Positions 63,176 to 64,000 of a stretch of DNA of 64,000 nucleotides are shown piece by piece. The notes below the pieces were generated by a model that worked only from the letters and a program-made list of their open reading frames with translations, had not been told where the DNA came from and did not search any database. The translations under genes were made by a program, and so were the position numbers. Origin of the DNA: Stegostoma tigrinum (Eukaryota); the NCBI RefSeq assembly GCF_030684315.1, contig NC_081395.1, positions 15,141,542 to 15,205,541 of the forward strand. Direction: 5' to 3'. Position 1 is the first letter of the stretch, and every line of letters begins with the position of its first letter.

Positions 63176-64000
63176 CATGTCCAGTTTGAAATGCCAGTGT
63201 CTGTGAATGACAATAGGTGTGGAGATCTGCAAAAATATCACTCAACATCCAAAACATTACGATTCGTCTTTTCCAGCAACAGAATATAAAACTTATTCTG
63301 ACATCAAGGACATGGTTCATCCAACTTTAAGGCCATACCACAGAATATCAGAAGAAAAAATATTATATCTTTCATGCAAAGATATCATGATCTTTTAATT
63401 TCTCTATGAAATGGCTGCAGACTGTTGAAAGATTTATTAGGAAATAAAGCTCGTATTAAACTCACAGGGTTGTGAGACTGAAGTGGCAGAGTGGTAATGT
63501 CCCTGCTGCTGGGCTACTAGTTCTCTGGTTCTCTAGCTCTACAGGTGTATAACAATGTCTTTGACATGATTATTTCGAAAATAATTAAGCTCATGGGGTG
63601 AAGCTGTTGTCAATTCTTGAAAAGTCCTTTGCTGAATGTGGTTCACAACTCTTGAGATTATTCAAGTGCAGTCAGTTCAAGAAAGTTCCATATCTTATTT
63701 ACCTTACATTTCCCACTTATAGACAATCATTTTTTTTTCAGAACTTCGTACAGTGCTGAATAGATATTGGGTGTTATCACGAGATATTTAATTGCCACAA
63801 GGATCAATTTATTTGTTTGTGATCCCAGTTAATCTGTCATTAACTTTCAATTTACCAAAAATATTTGTAAAACGTGTTGTCTTGTTTTTTAAACAAAGTG
63901 TTAAGTGACATTTAAAAGACGGAAAGTAAGGTCAACATTTAATAGTTTAAATCTCATATTTGTCCTCTAATTCACACTGTTCTATTCGACAAGGAATTTG

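Overview
Repeat-rich vertebrate genomic DNA from a cartilaginous fish. The HE1 SINEs, HER1/CR1 LINEs and shark-type IgM residues point to a shark; a carpet shark is plausible but is inference. There are two host genes, both on the minus strand. (1) A single-cluster IgM heavy-chain gene at 46491-61799: leader, an already-joined VDJ exon with no RSS, Cmu1, Cmu3, Cmu4 with secretory tail, TM1 and TM2. No recognisable Cmu2 exon is present, which is the IgM1gj-like architecture. All splice sites and both polyA signals are intact, but the VDJ joint is +1 out of frame and Cmu3 carries a TGA. (2) A two-exon shark GPR139/142-like class A GPCR at 18835-24225 with a single premature TAA. Most of the rest is nested mobile DNA: Neptune-type Penelope-like elements (RT + GIY-YIG), many short TSD-flanked Penelope derivatives carrying minimal hammerhead-ribozyme motifs (some as head-to-head hairpins), a Gmr1-type Gypsy remnant (integrase before RT), solo LTRs, CR1/L2 LINEs and tRNA-derived SINEs. 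Exon coordinates were read from splice sites; repeat boundaries are approximate unless a TSD is given.
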